Below, piece by piece: positions 48,342 to 58,359 of a stretch of 64,000 nucleotides of DNA. Position 1 is the stretch's first letter. Each line of letters opens with the position of its first letter. The notes beneath the pieces are model-generated. The model had not been told where the DNA came from. It worked only from the letters and a program-made list of their open reading frames with translations, and did no database searches. The stretch is from Candidatus Poribacteria bacterium (lineage in GTDB: Bacteria > Poribacteria > WGA-4E > WGA-3G). The DNA is taken from the NCBI GenBank assembly GCA_965261435.1, contig CBDHDL010000021.1:142872-206871 (forward strand). The letters run 5' to 3'. The translations under genes and the position numbers were made by a program.

Positions 48342-51300
48342 ATGGAAGAGAATTTAGCGTTTATGGCTGATCCAGATCGAATTACACAGTTGAAACATGC
48401 ACTGTCAGAGCGGATTTTGGTGCTTGATGGTGCGATGGGTTCACTTATACAGACGTATCAACTCTCGGAAGCGGATTTTCGAGGTGAGACGTTCGCTGAT
48501 CATACTTCTGAACTCAAAGGTTATAATGACCTGTTATCTATCACGCAACCACAAATTATCAGAGAAATTCATAGCAGTTACTGTAACGCAGGTGCTGACA
48601 TACTCACAACTAACACCTTCACAAGCACGTCGGTGTCAATGGCAGACTATCAGCTTGAAGAATTTGCATATCAGGTCAACGTTTCAGCAGCCCAAATTGC
48701 TCGTGAAATAGCTGATGCTTGCTCAACAGTTGAAAAGACTCATTTCGTTGCAGGTAGCATGGGACCAACGAATCGAAGTTGTTCAATCTCTCCGGATGTA
48801 AACGATCCAGGTTACCGTAATATCACTTTTGCTGAACTCGTTTCTGCCTATACGACACAAGCTGAAGGCTTAATTGATGGCGGTGTGGATTTACTACTCG
48901 TTGAGACCGTTATGGACACACTAAATTGCAAAGCAGCACTTTTTGCAATTCAAACTCTAACAGAAAAACGTGGGATCAACATCCCGACTATCGTTTCATC
49001 AGACAGGAGTGGTGGCGGCGGAAGAAACCTGTCAGGACAAACAGTCGAAGCATTCTGGAATTCTATTCGACACGTAGACTTACTTGCTGTCGGTTTAAAC
49101 TGTGGTTTTGGAGCGAAGCAGATAAGACCCTTTCTTGTGGAGATGTCAAAGCTTGCAGACATTCCCATCATTTGTTATCCAAATGCGGGTCTACCCAATG
49201 AACTTGGTCACTATACTCAGACACCTGAAGAACTGGGTAACTGGATGCACGATTTCGCTCGCAACGGATTCGTCAATATCGTAGGTAGTTGTTGTGGTAG
49301 TCAACCTGAGCATATAGAAGCGATTGTCAAGGTCGCGGCAGCGTATCCACCCCGTCAACTCCAATCACAAAAACCTGCCTGCAGACTCAGCGGTTTAGAG
49401 GCATTCAATATTACACCGGAATCCCTCTTTGTAAACGTTGGCGAAAGAACAAATGTCACAGGTTCACGAAGATTTGCATCACTCATCAAGAAGGAAGATT
49501 ATGAAACAGCATTAGAAGTCGCTCGTGATCAAGTCGAAAACGGTGCACAACTGATCGATATTAATATGGATGCGGGTCTGTTAGATGCCAAAACTGCCAT
49601 AGTCAAGTTCATAAATCTCATCGCTGCAGAACCAGATATAAGCCGTGTTCCTATTATGATAGATTCCAGTAAATGGGAAGTAATTGATGCAGGTTTACAA
49701 TGTATACAAGGAAAAGGTGTCGTCAACTCAATTAGTTTGAAAGAGGGTGAGGACGATTTCTTAGATAAAGCACGAAGTATTAGACATTACGGCGCTGCTG
49801 TCATTGTAATGGCGTTTGATGAAAAAGGACAAGCCGATACGCTTCAACGCAAAGTAGAAATTTGTCAAAGAGCGTATCAATTGTTAATAGAAGAAGTTGA
49901 TTTCCCCCCTGAAGACATTATCTTTGATCCTAATATCTTCGCGATAGCAACAGGGATTGATGAGCATAATGAATATGCGCTTGCTTTTATAGATGCATGC
50001 AAGCAGATCAAAGAGACTTGTCCGCACGCCTTAGTCAGTGGAGGCGTCAGTAACGTTTCCTTTGCCTTTCGCGGTAACGATACAGTTCGCGAAGCGATGC
50101 ACGCAGCGTTTCTTTACCATGCGATCAATGCTGGTATGGATATGGGGATCGTAAATGCTGGACAACTTGCTGTCTATGACGACATCCCTAAACCCCTCTT
50201 AGATTCTGTAGAAGATGTATTATTTAATCGACGAAAAGATGCAACAGACCGACTCGTTAATTTGGCAGAAACATTGCATGGTACAAAAAAGAAGAAACGT
50301 GTTGATAAAGAATGGCGGAAGCTCTCCGTTGAAGATCGGTTAAGTCACGCCCTCGTAGAAGGTGTCACTGAACACATCGTGGAAGATACTGAGGAAGCAA
50401 GATTAAAATACAAGCGTCCGATACAGGTAATTGAAGGTCCTCTGATGTTCGGAATGGACAGAGTCGGTGAGTTGTTCGGAGACGGTAAGATGTTCCTACC
50501 TCAAGTTATCAAAAGCGCACAGGTAATGAAACGCGCTGTTGCACATTTAATTCCATTTATTGAAAAGGAGCAATCTGAAGGAGAAATCAAATCAAGAGGG
50601 AAATTAGTCATGGCAACAGTGAAAGGTGATGTCCATGACATTGGGAAGAACATCGTTGGTGTGGTCCTTGGTTGTAACAACTATGAAATCATTGACCTTG
50701 GGGTCATGGTAGCTGCAGAAGATATATTGGAAACAGCACGCAAAGAAGATGCTGATATAATTGGTTTAAGTGGTCTAATTACACCTTCATTGGATGAGAT
50801 GGTTCATGTTGCAAAGGAGATGGAAAGAGAAGGTTTCAGTATTCCACTCCTCATTGGTGGTGCCACTACATCAAAAATACATACAGCTATTAAGATTGAA
50901 CCTGAATACAATGGGGCAACGATACACGTCAAAGATGCATCCCGCAGTGTTGGTGTCGTTCGCAACTTACTGAGCAATGAAAACCGACAAACAATAGTCA
51001 ACCAGACACGTGAAGAATATGAAGGAATTCGTAAGAAGCGAGCCAAAACGCAACAACGAACCAATCTTTTACCATTTGGAACAGCACAGCAACGCAAACT
51101 AAGACTTGATTGGCAAGACTACAATCCAGATAAACCGAGAATGACAGGAGTCAAGGTTTATGAGGATTTTCCGCTTGAAGAACTTGTCACCTATATTGAT
51201 TGGACACCTTTTTTCACTACTTGGGAAATGAAAGGAAAATATCCTAAAATATTGGATGATTCAAAGATAGGTCCAAAGGCACAAGAACTGTATAAAGATG

Positions 51301-52034
51301 CAAATAAATTATTAGATGATATTATCAGTTATAAGAAGATTTCCGCCAAAGGGGTTATAGGAATCTTCCCAGCTAATTCTGTTGGTGAAGACATAGAAAT
51401 ATATAATGAAGACAGAACAGCAGTCATCGCAACAATTCATCACTTACGGCAACAGACAGAACAACCATTCTCAAGACCAAATCTGAGTCTTGCAGATTTC
51501 ATAGCGCCAAAAAACACATCAATACCTGATCATATAGGTGCATTCGCAGTGACAACAGGTATTGGTGTACCTGAACTTTGTAATGAATTTGAAGAGAATC
51601 ATGACGACTACAACAGCATTATGACCAAAGCAATCGCAGACCGTTTAGCAGAAGCCTTCGCAGAATATATGCACAAGCATGTGAGGAGAGAATTATGGGG
51701 TTACGCTGGTCATGAGGAATTGGAAAACGAAGAACTCATTGCGGAAAAATATAGAGGTATCAGACCCGCCCCAGGTTATCCAGCATGTCCAGATCACAAT
51801 CAGAAACGAGTATTGTTTCGTCTATTGAATGCGACTGAAAATACCGATATCTCACTCACTGAGAGTCTTGCCATGTTTCCAGCTGCTTCAGTGAGTGGTT
51901 GGTATTTTTCACATCCGGAATCAAGATACTTTAGCATTGCCAGAATTGGAGAGGATCAAATTGCAAGTTATGCCAAACGATCAGAAATGGATTTGGACAC
52001 TGCAAGACGCTGGTTAAGACCTTTATTGCTGTAA
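48342..52034 (+). CDS. metH: cobalamin-dependent methionine synthase
   Basis: 1230 aa. N-terminal [15 protein letters not shown] (Hcy domain), pterin-binding domain, B12-binding domain and C-terminal activation domain. An alternative start, MADPDR at 48363, is preceded by GAAGAG. Confidence 0.9.
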   Translation: MEENLAFMADPDRITQLKHALSERILVLDGAMGSLIQTYQLSEADFRGETFADHTSELKGYNDLLSITQPQIIREIHSSYCNAGADILTTNTFTSTSVSMADYQLEEFAYQVNVSAAQIAREIADACSTVEKTHFVAGSMGPTNRSCSISPDVNDPGYRNITFAELVSAYTTQAEGLIDGGVDLLLVETVMDTLNCKAALFAIQTLTEKRGINIPTIVSSDRSGGGGRNLSGQTVEAFWNSIRHVDLLAVGLNCGFGAKQIRPFLVEMSKLADIPIICYPNAGLPNELGHYTQTPEELGNWMHDFARNGFVNIVGSCCGSQPEHIEAIVKVAAAYPPRQLQSQKPACRLSGLEAFNITPESLFVNVGERTNVTGSRRFASLIKKEDYETALEVARDQVENGAQLIDINMDAGLLDAKTAIVKFINLIAAEPDISRVPIMIDSSKWEVIDAGLQCIQGKGVVNSISLKEGEDDFLDKARSIRHYGAAVIVMAFDEKGQADTLQRKVEICQRAYQLLIEEVDFPPEDIIFDPNIFAIATGIDEHNEYALAFIDACKQIKETCPHALVSGGVSNVSFAFRGNDTVREAMHAAFLYHAINAGMDMGIVNAGQLAVYDDIPKPLLDSVEDVLFNRRKDATDRLVNLAETLHGTKKKKRVDKEWRKLSVEDRLSHALVEGVTEHIVEDTEEARLKYKRPIQVIEGPLMFGMDRVGELFGDGKMFLPQVIKSAQVMKRAVAHLIPFIEKEQSEGEIKSRGKLVMATVKGDVHDIGKNIVGVVLGCNNYEIIDLGVMVAAEDILETARKEDADIIGLSGLITPSLDEMVHVAKEMEREGFSIPLLIGGATTSKIHTAIKIEPEYNGATIHVKDASRSVGVVRNLLSNENRQTIVNQTREEYEGIRKKRAKTQQRTNLLPFGTAQQRKLRLDWQDYNPDKPRMTGVKVYEDFPLEELVTYIDWTPFFTTWEMKGKYPKILDDSKIGPKAQELYKDANKLLDDIISYKKISAKGVIGIFPANSVGEDIEIYNEDRTAVIATIHHLRQQTEQPFSRPNLSLADFIAPKNTSIPDHIGAFAVTTGIGVPELCNEFEENHDDYNSIMTKAIADRLAEAFAEYMHKHVRRELWGYAGHEELENEELIAEKYRGIRPAPGYPACPDHNQKRVLFRLLNATENTDISLTESLAMFPAASVSGWYFSHPESRYFSIARIGEDQIASYAKRSEMDLDTARRWLRPLLL

Positions 52035-52051
52035 AGGAAATAAAAAACAGG

Positions 52052-52082
52052 GAAGCTATAATAGATAACTTCCCTGTCCTGC
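52052..52082 (-). terminator. rho-independent terminator for the minus-strand VOC gene array (between metH and the first VOC gene)
   Basis: On the minus strand, CAGGGAAG-ttatctattatag-CTTCCCTG is followed by TTTTTT. Confidence 0.5.
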
Positions 52083-52148
52083 CAACCTGATATGCCAAGC
52101 AATTATGTGTATGTATTAGTATGAATATGAAAGTATATGCATGACAAT

Positions 52149-52511
52149 CTATTGTTGGTGTAAACCCAAGATATTTCCACTTGGATCAATAAACATAGCA
52201 AAAGACCCCATGTTATTAGGTATTTCTTGGGGTGGGATAAGTATTTTACCGCCGTTACTTTCAACGTTCTTAACTGCTGCGTGCAGATCGTCAACGGATA
52301 TATAAAAAGTGACCTGGTTTGTATACGGCATTTCATCTGTAGTTGGGAAGATGTGTCCTTTTATTCCTTCTTCTGAACCAGTATCACAGAAATAGACTCC
52401 ACTGTTTTCTGGTGAAATCTCCCAACCAAATATTGATCCGTAAAACTCACAGAGTTCATCAGCGTTTTTACCTGCTATTTCAAACCACATGACTGGATTA
52501 CTCATTGACAA
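52149..52511 (-). CDS. VOC (glyoxalase / bleomycin-resistance-like) family protein, paralog 1 of 5
   Basis: MSNPVMWFEIAGKNADELCEFYGSIFGWEI ... VESNGGKILIPPQEIPNNMGSFAMFIDPSGNILGLHQ. 120 aa. Confidence 0.6.
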   Translation of the reverse strand: MSMSNPVMWFEIAGKNADELCEFYGSIFGWEISPENSGVYFCDTGSEEGIKGHIFPTTDEMPYTNQVTFYISVDDLHAAVKNVESNGGKILIPPQEIPNNMGSFAMFIDPSGNILGLHQQ

Positions 52512-52572
52512 TAACTCCTTTTTGTTTTTACATGTATGACTATTGGTTAGTCCATATTAAAATCGTTGTGTC

Positions 52573-52660
52573 TATCATGTCCAAATCAACGTCAAATGCG
52601 CGTTTGGCATTTGACGGGTTTCGCTTCGCTCTACCCGACCTACAAGTTAAGTATTGACTA
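52573..52660. repeat. dispersed about 90-bp element: CCAAATCAACGTCAAATGCGCGTTTGGCATTTGACG hairpin plus GTTTCGCTTCGCTCTACCCGACCTACAAGTTAAGTATTGAC
   Basis: Near-identical partial copy at 63880..63930 and a diverged copy at 63520..63610. All are intergenic. Confidence 0.7.
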
Positions 52661-52682
52661 AAGAGGGTATGTATACCGTTTT

Positions 52683-53075
52683 CTATTTTTGATGTAACCC
52701 GATAACATTTCCACTCGGATCACTGAACATTGCAATTGCCCCCAATCCATCAGGAAGTTCTTGCGGTGTTACAAGTGTCTTTCCGCCGCTGTTTTCAATT
52801 TTATTGAGTGTTTCATGCAGGTCTTCTACCTGTATGAATATAGAAATGCGATTTTCAAAGTCAGTATTATCAGGCAATGGATAGATGTGTCCTCTAATTC
52901 CTTGGTCAGGTAAAGGTTCTGGAGTTGGATCAATCACCAAGATGTCATTAGGATAGTGTGATGTGCTCCATTTGAAGGGTAGAATTATCCATTCATCATA
53001 TAAGGAAGAATAAAAGTCTTGTAAGGATTCACCATCCTTACCCGCGATTTCAAAAAACATTACAGGATTACCCAT
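52683..53075 (-). CDS. VOC family protein, paralog 2 of 5
   Basis: MGNPVMFFEIAGKDGESLQDFYSSLY ... GGKTLVTPQELPDGLGAIAMFSDPSGNVIGLHQ. The start is taken at the internal Met (53075) rather than the 155-aa ORF start at 53150, which overlaps paralog 3. Confidence 0.55.
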   Translation of the reverse strand: MGNPVMFFEIAGKDGESLQDFYSSLYDEWIILPFKWSTSHYPNDILVIDPTPEPLPDQGIRGHIYPLPDNTDFENRISIFIQVEDLHETLNKIENSGGKTLVTPQELPDGLGAIAMFSDPSGNVIGLHQK

Positions 53076-53478
53076 TGTGTAAGTCTCCTTTTCTCTGATT
53101 TGAGTCATATAATCCAATTCGATTTCCACTGGGGTCAAGGAACATTCCAATCATTTCACCTTTTTCAGATACAACAGTAGGAGGCATCAGTATCTTACCA
53201 CCAAGGATCACAAGTTTATCAACCGTAGCCTGTATATTTTCAACAGTAACATAGATAGTTACACTGTTTCCAAAAGGAACACCTTCAACTAATTGCATTT
53301 CATCGTTTGGAGGGTATATGTGTCCTTCAATACCTTTAGCATCTTCAGAACCTGTCTCAAACCAATAGAATCCTTCCTCATAAGAATGCATCTCCCAATC
53401 AAACACATCACTATAAAATTCACTTAATGCCTTACTTTCTTCAGAAGCAATTTCAATGTTAGTAACTGGATTAGACAT
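53068..53478 (-). CDS. VOC family protein, paralog 3 of 5
   Basis: MSNPVTNIEIASEESKALSEFYSDVFDWEM ... GGKILMPPTVVSEKGEMIGMFLDPSGNRIGLY. Confidence 0.55.
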   Translation of the reverse strand: MSNPVTNIEIASEESKALSEFYSDVFDWEMHSYEEGFYWFETGSEDAKGIEGHIYPPNDEMQLVEGVPFGNSVTIYVTVENIQATVDKLVILGGKILMPPTVVSEKGEMIGMFLDPSGNRIGLYDSNQRKGDLHNG

Positions 53479-53492
53479 TTCCTTCTCCCAAT

Positions 53493-53864
53493 TTAAGAAG
53501 TTTGCAATCTACGCTGCAGCAGTCCAATACTATTTCCGCTTGGATCATTGAACAATGCATAATGGCTTGAATTACCGGGAATTTCTTGGGGTGGTATAAT
53601 TATTTCTCCACCGAGGTTCTCTGCTTTCTTAAGACATGCATGAATATCATCAACTTGGACATAAATTAAAATAAGGTTTTTAAAGTTCATCTTATCGGTT
53701 GTTTCAAATAGATGCCCTTCTATCCCTTTGTCGGTTTCTGGATCAGCTATATATAATTCGTCATCTAATGGAAATATGTTCCATCCGAATACTGCACTAT
53801 AGAAGCCGATCTGTTTTTTGAGATTCTGTCCACCTATTTCAAAATGTAAAACAGGACTGCTCAT
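53493..53864 (-). CDS. VOC family protein, paralog 4 of 5
   Basis: MSSPVLHFEIGGQNLKKQIGFYSAVFGWNI ... GGEIIIPPQEIPGNSSHYALFNDPSGNSIGL. Confidence 0.6.
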   Translation of the reverse strand: MSSPVLHFEIGGQNLKKQIGFYSAVFGWNIFPLDDELYIADPETDKGIEGHLFETTDKMNFKNLILIYVQVDDIHACLKKAENLGGEIIIPPQEIPGNSSHYALFNDPSGNSIGLLQRRLQTS

Positions 53865-53917
53865 AGTTCACTCCATCCAAAGTGTGTAATTTAGAGTAAT
53901 AAATTGGTTGAAATACA

Positions 53918-54277
53918 TTACTTAGATTGGAACAGACCAAGACAATTACCACTTGGGTCAAGAAACATAGCAAACAGATCATCACCATCAGGGATAGGCA
54001 TGGGTCCCATAATTACCTTACCACCATGATTTTCAACCTTTTTGGCAGATTTTTCAATGTCACTTACCTCAATGTAAAAGGTAACATGGTTTGTTATTGG
54101 CATCTCTTCGGTTGTCTGGACAATATGTCCATTAATGCCTTCTTGAGACCCCGTATTGACGGTATTACCACACTCATCATCTTGATTGATTTCCCATTGG
54201 AACAGTGAACTATAGAAATCGATTAGGTTATCCTCTTTTTTGCCTGCGATTTCAAATATCGTTACAGGGTTTCCCAT
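53918..54277 (-). CDS. VOC family protein, paralog 5 of 5
   Basis: MGNPVTIFEIAGKKEDNLIDFYSSLFQWEI ... GGKVIMGPMPIPDGDDLFAMFLDPSGNCLGLFQ. Confidence 0.6.
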   Translation of the reverse strand: MGNPVTIFEIAGKKEDNLIDFYSSLFQWEINQDDECGNTVNTGSQEGINGHIVQTTEEMPITNHVTFYIEVSDIEKSAKKVENHGGKVIMGPMPIPDGDDLFAMFLDPSGNCLGLFQSK

Positions 54278-54509
54278 TTTTTACTCCATCTTTCTCATTT
54301 ATGATATAGTGCATAGTCCATCTTAAACTTGTAGGTGGGTAGATGTTTTTTACATTGATTTTTCCACCACATTAAAATACGCTTATATTTAGCAATCGTT
54401 GCATTGAATTCAATAGAAAATCACTGTATTTTCCTTACATTTTTTCTGTTGTTATTTTGCGGTATATTCTATATAATTGTGTTCAAGTAAATATTGGTGA
54501 AACATAAAC

Positions 54510-55400
54510 ATGCAAACATCACATAAATATCTTGACCCAGTTGCTCTTTCACGTATAGGCGGCATGGAACTCGTTGCGCGACTCGTGGTAGAGGGGTTTG
54601 TTACCGGACTACACAAAAGTCCATATCAAGGATTCAGTGTTGAATTCGCTGAGCATAGACAGTACATGCCTGGCGATGAGATTCGTTATATTGATTGGAA
54701 AGTGTTCGGCAAGTCAGATAGGTTTTATGTTAAAAAGTTTGAAGAGGAAACAAACTTACGCGCATACATCCTGCTTGATACAAGTGCATCAATGAGCTAC
54801 AAACACAGTGACGATGTCCTTACGAAGTTTGAATACGGGTGTTATCTTGCAGCGACACTAACCTATCTCATGTTGAAACAGCGTGACTCAGTTGGTTTAG
54901 CACTTTTTGATACTGATATTAATCAATACATCCCACCGAGAGGCGCAGCAACTCATCTACGTGCAATCATGAATGCATTGGAGAATGCTACGCCAGGTGA
55001 GGAGACTAAGTTAAGTAGTCTATTTCACGAACTTGCTAAACGTATAGTCAGACGCGGTTTGGTCATTGTAATCTCAGATCTTCTTGATGAACCATCACAA
55101 GTAATTTCTGCCCTTAAGCATCTGCGTCATCAAAAACATGAAGTGATTGTTTTCCACCTCCTTGACAACGCAGAACTCACCTTCCCATATAAGGGATCAG
55201 TCATTTTCCGTGACATGGAAACTGGACAGACATTATCAACGCAAGCGGACTCACTTAAATCTGCATATCTTGAAAAGCTTAACCAGTTCATTCAAAGTTA
55301 CCGACGCGGGTGTGGATCAAGCCAAATAGACTATGTGCAAATGGATACTCAAACCCCGTTTGATCATGCCTTATCGGCATACCTCTCTCGACGTAAATAG
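54510..55400 (+). CDS. DUF58 domain protein (vWA-like, normally a MoxR-ATPase partner)
   Basis: QGFSVEFAEHRQYMPGDEIRYIDWKVFGKSDRFYVKKFEEETNLRAYILLDTSASM is the DUF58 signature. Confidence 0.75.
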   Translation: MQTSHKYLDPVALSRIGGMELVARLVVEGFVTGLHKSPYQGFSVEFAEHRQYMPGDEIRYIDWKVFGKSDRFYVKKFEEETNLRAYILLDTSASMSYKHSDDVLTKFEYGCYLAATLTYLMLKQRDSVGLALFDTDINQYIPPRGAATHLRAIMNALENATPGEETKLSSLFHELAKRIVRRGLVIVISDLLDEPSQVISALKHLRHQKHEVIVFHLLDNAELTFPYKGSVIFRDMETGQTLSTQADSLKSAYLEKLNQFIQSYRRGCGSSQIDYVQMDTQTPFDHALSAYLSRRK

Positions 55401-55431
55401 TTGCCGAAATATAAAATCAAAGGTTTTGTAA

Positions 55432-55989
55432 ATGCGAATTCTGATCACTTTCTTTATTTTTGGATCACTCTTTGTTTTTGCTTGTTCTGAAGAGATGGAT
55501 AAACCGGAAGTTCCTATAATAGATACATCTTTGGAAAAAGCTAAAGCAGCAATGGCAAGAGTTACAGAGAGAAGAATTGAAGCTCACCAGAAGGCTAAAG
55601 AAACTGGTGACTACTCGACATTATTTGAAATTTCTGACCAGATATTGGAAGAAGAACTCGGTTTTGATACTGATTACTTTAATGATGAAATACGTGTTGC
55701 CTATGAAGAAGCACGGGGTGAACTCCAAAATGATGGCAAGTTAGAACTTGAAGATTCAGACAGATATCTGAAATTTATAACAACATACTTTAAGAAACTT
55801 TCTTGGGAGATGGAAACAACAGGTGGAGAATTTCTGTTTGAGTTTCTAAGTGCCTATGATGAAATCGTAACGGAGTATGTAAGACTCACCTATCGATTTC
55901 CTACGCTTAGTAAGGAAAGGTTGCTTGAAGAATTAAAGAAATCCGTTCTGAAAAAGAAGATAGATATACAGTATCCTGAAGGATTTTGA
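55432..55989 (+). CDS. hypothetical lipoprotein
   Basis: Signal peptide with lipobox-like FVFAC. Acidic, coiled-coil-rich. It overlaps the next gene by 4 nt. Confidence 0.4.
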   Translation: MRILITFFIFGSLFVFACSEEMDKPEVPIIDTSLEKAKAAMARVTERRIEAHQKAKETGDYSTLFEISDQILEEELGFDTDYFNDEIRVAYEEARGELQNDGKLELEDSDRYLKFITTYFKKLSWEMETTGGEFLFEFLSAYDEIVTEYVRLTYRFPTLSKERLLEELKKSVLKKKIDIQYPEGF

Positions 55990-57200
55990 TGTCATTTTCG
56001 GTAAATGAAGGTAGTATCAACCTATTGGAAGAGTTTATGAAAACATACCGTATAGCCATTTTAGGATGTAGAGGACGTGGCACTACTGCTGCTCGTGCCT
56101 ATAATGCACATCCGCGAACAGAGATCGTGGGACTGTGTGATTTAATAGAAGAGAGACGCAATGCGTTAGGAAAGGAAGTCAATGTAAGTGCACGTTATGA
56201 TGATCTTGATGAGATGATTCAAGATACTTCACCTGACATCGTAGCCATTCCTACAGCGACTGAGTTGCATTACGATTTATCTATGAGAGTCTTAGATCAC
56301 GGTGTAAACATTGAAGTAGAAAAGCCGATGTGCGTAGACCTTATACAAGCTGATGCTGTCATCACTAAAGCCGAAGAGCAAAGCGTTCAGGTCGCCGTTC
56401 ATCATCAAGGTAGAGTCGGAGCATCTCACCGAGCTATTGCAGCTGCTTTTGACGCAGGTAAGATTGGTGATTTACGCTATATGTATGGTAGTGGTAAAGG
56501 TTACTATGGTGGATACGGTTTGATGAATATAGGCACACACATGCTCAATAACATGCTCCATTTTGGGAAGCGATGTGAGAGTGTCTTTGCACAACTAACA
56601 ACAGGTGGAAAACCTATAACAACTGCTGATGTAGTGCCATCACCCAGTGGAATGGGAACAATCGCTGGTGAATACATCACAGCTACCATGCAGTATGAAG
56701 GCAATGTTACAGGTACGCTGCTACAACACCGATTTGGTAAGATGGACACTAATGCATATACGATGGAACTCTTTGGAACTGAAGGAAGATTATTTTGGTC
56801 AAGTAATAGTGCGTGGTACTTACCGACTCCCCATTATATCCCAGATGGCACACTTGACAAATGGGAATCATTAGATTTAATCTATCCTGAACATTACGAT
56901 AAAAAAAGCAGTGCATCAATAGATGATTATTGGTTTGTTGAGGAATATGTCAATGCATTAGATGAGAAAAGACCCCACACGTGTAGCGGTTATGAAGGAA
57001 GACACATTATTGAAATGATGATGGGTATATTTGAATCTGCAGCTTACGAAAGCAGAGTAGATTTACCTCAAGAAGATAGAAGACATCCGTTATTGAGATG
57101 GCGAGAGGCGTTTGGACTAAAACCGCCTGAAGAGATGCCGCGGGGTTATGGTGAATGGTTAGGATTGGAATCCAGTCGGATAAATAAATTTAAATCGTAA
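55986..57200 (+). CDS. Gfo/Idh/MocA family oxidoreductase
   Basis: YRIAILGCRGRGTTAARAY Rossmann region and the EKPMC motif. 404 aa. Confidence 0.75.
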   Translation: MMSFSVNEGSINLLEEFMKTYRIAILGCRGRGTTAARAYNAHPRTEIVGLCDLIEERRNALGKEVNVSARYDDLDEMIQDTSPDIVAIPTATELHYDLSMRVLDHGVNIEVEKPMCVDLIQADAVITKAEEQSVQVAVHHQGRVGASHRAIAAAFDAGKIGDLRYMYGSGKGYYGGYGLMNIGTHMLNNMLHFGKRCESVFAQLTTGGKPITTADVVPSPSGMGTIAGEYITATMQYEGNVTGTLLQHRFGKMDTNAYTMELFGTEGRLFWSSNSAWYLPTPHYIPDGTLDKWESLDLIYPEHYDKKSSASIDDYWFVEEYVNALDEKRPHTCSGYEGRHIIEMMMGIFESAAYESRVDLPQEDRRHPLLRWREAFGLKPPEEMPRGYGEWLGLESSRINKFKS

Positions 57201-57209
57201 AGTAAGATT

Positions 57210-58184
57210 TCAGTTTTTTGCAGCATATATCTGAGATATAATACGATTTGTTCGCAAACCTGATTCACCTGTAACTCGAATAGGTTCACCCGTTCTGATA
57301 TGATTGACGAAATCCTCAACTATGCCTGTATGGGTATGTGTTAAAGGTGTTTGGTGCAAATCTACCAGTCCATCCGATTTAGTTTCAAGTGTCAGTTTCC
57401 CTGAATTTAGCGGTGAACAACGTAGACATCCGGTGGTACCATATACCTCTACATCGTCAATTCCGATTCCGATGTTCCAGTTTATATTCGCGACAGCGTG
57501 CGTGCCACTTTCAAAACGGAGTGTAAAAACAGCTGAATCATCCACTGGTATATCTTGATGTATAGTCTCAGCATAACCCGTTGCAGATTCAATGTTTCCC
57601 ATCAGGTATTCAAGCAGACTGATTCGATGACTTCCAATGTCCATTAGGACACCACCCCCACTTATCCCTGGGTTTATCCGCCAATTTTTCAAATCAGGAC
57701 GGTTTGGATTGTAGTAAGCGGTGCAGTTGACGCGAGCAAGTACCACGTCACCAATTGCGCGTTCATCCATCAGTGCTTTCATTTTGACGATATTTGGAAA
57801 GAAGTTTCTGTAGTAAGCAACCATCAAGGTAACACCAGTATCTTTGCAAGCATCTACCATGCGTTGACACTCTTCAACAGTGATCGCCATCGGTTTTTCA
57901 CAGAGAATATGTTTGCCAGCGTGTGCGGCTTGAATTGTCTGTTCACAGTGCAGATAAGGAAGGGTTGCTATGTAAACTGCATTAACCTCCTCATCTGCCA
58001 GGAGTTGATCTACATCAGTATAGTAACGTTTTGCACCGTGTCTTTTAGCAAAATCCTCTGCTTTCGCACGATCACGGCGCATCACAGCAATAAGTTCAGA
58101 GTCTTCAACTGTATATAGTGGTGGTCCACCTTTATGCTCAGCGACATTACCACAACCGATGATACCCCATCTCAGTGTTGCCAT
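57210..58184 (-). CDS. Gfo/Idh/MocA family oxidoreductase
   Basis: LRWGIIGCGNVAEHKGGP and HILCEKPMA. 324 aa. Confidence 0.8.
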   Translation of the reverse strand: MATLRWGIIGCGNVAEHKGGPPLYTVEDSELIAVMRRDRAKAEDFAKRHGAKRYYTDVDQLLADEEVNAVYIATLPYLHCEQTIQAAHAGKHILCEKPMAITVEECQRMVDACKDTGVTLMVAYYRNFFPNIVKMKALMDERAIGDVVLARVNCTAYYNPNRPDLKNWRINPGISGGGVLMDIGSHRISLLEYLMGNIESATGYAETIHQDIPVDDSAVFTLRFESGTHAVANINWNIGIGIDDVEVYGTTGCLRCSPLNSGKLTLETKSDGLVDLHQTPLTHTHTGIVEDFVNHIRTGEPIRVTGESGLRTNRIISQIYAAKN

Positions 58185-58359
58185 AAATTGTGTCCTATAG
58201 TATTGTTATAACAAAAAATGATAGAAGTCAGAGGATATTATACTTGAGAGAATTAGAATTCCACCACCCCCTTGCTGATACAGATGATGGATTACGTGCT
58301 TTTGAGTTGAAGGAACATGATGGGTATGTATTGTGTTGTGGGAAGATGACGTGAGTGAT

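Noticed and set aside
48342-48362. Possible metH mis-start
   Set aside because: Both ATG 48342 and ATG 48363 are plausible. 48342 is kept because it gives the longest ORF, but 48363 has the better GAAGAG spacer. This cannot be resolved from sequence alone.
47996-48370. 124-aa ORF (MVSFLLFVMYNGQGDPVPTNRTDRETQSLRT...)
   Set aside because: It is purely a translation of the 32-nt tandem repeat (the peptide repeats every 32 nt across shifting frames) and overlaps the metH start. It is not a gene.
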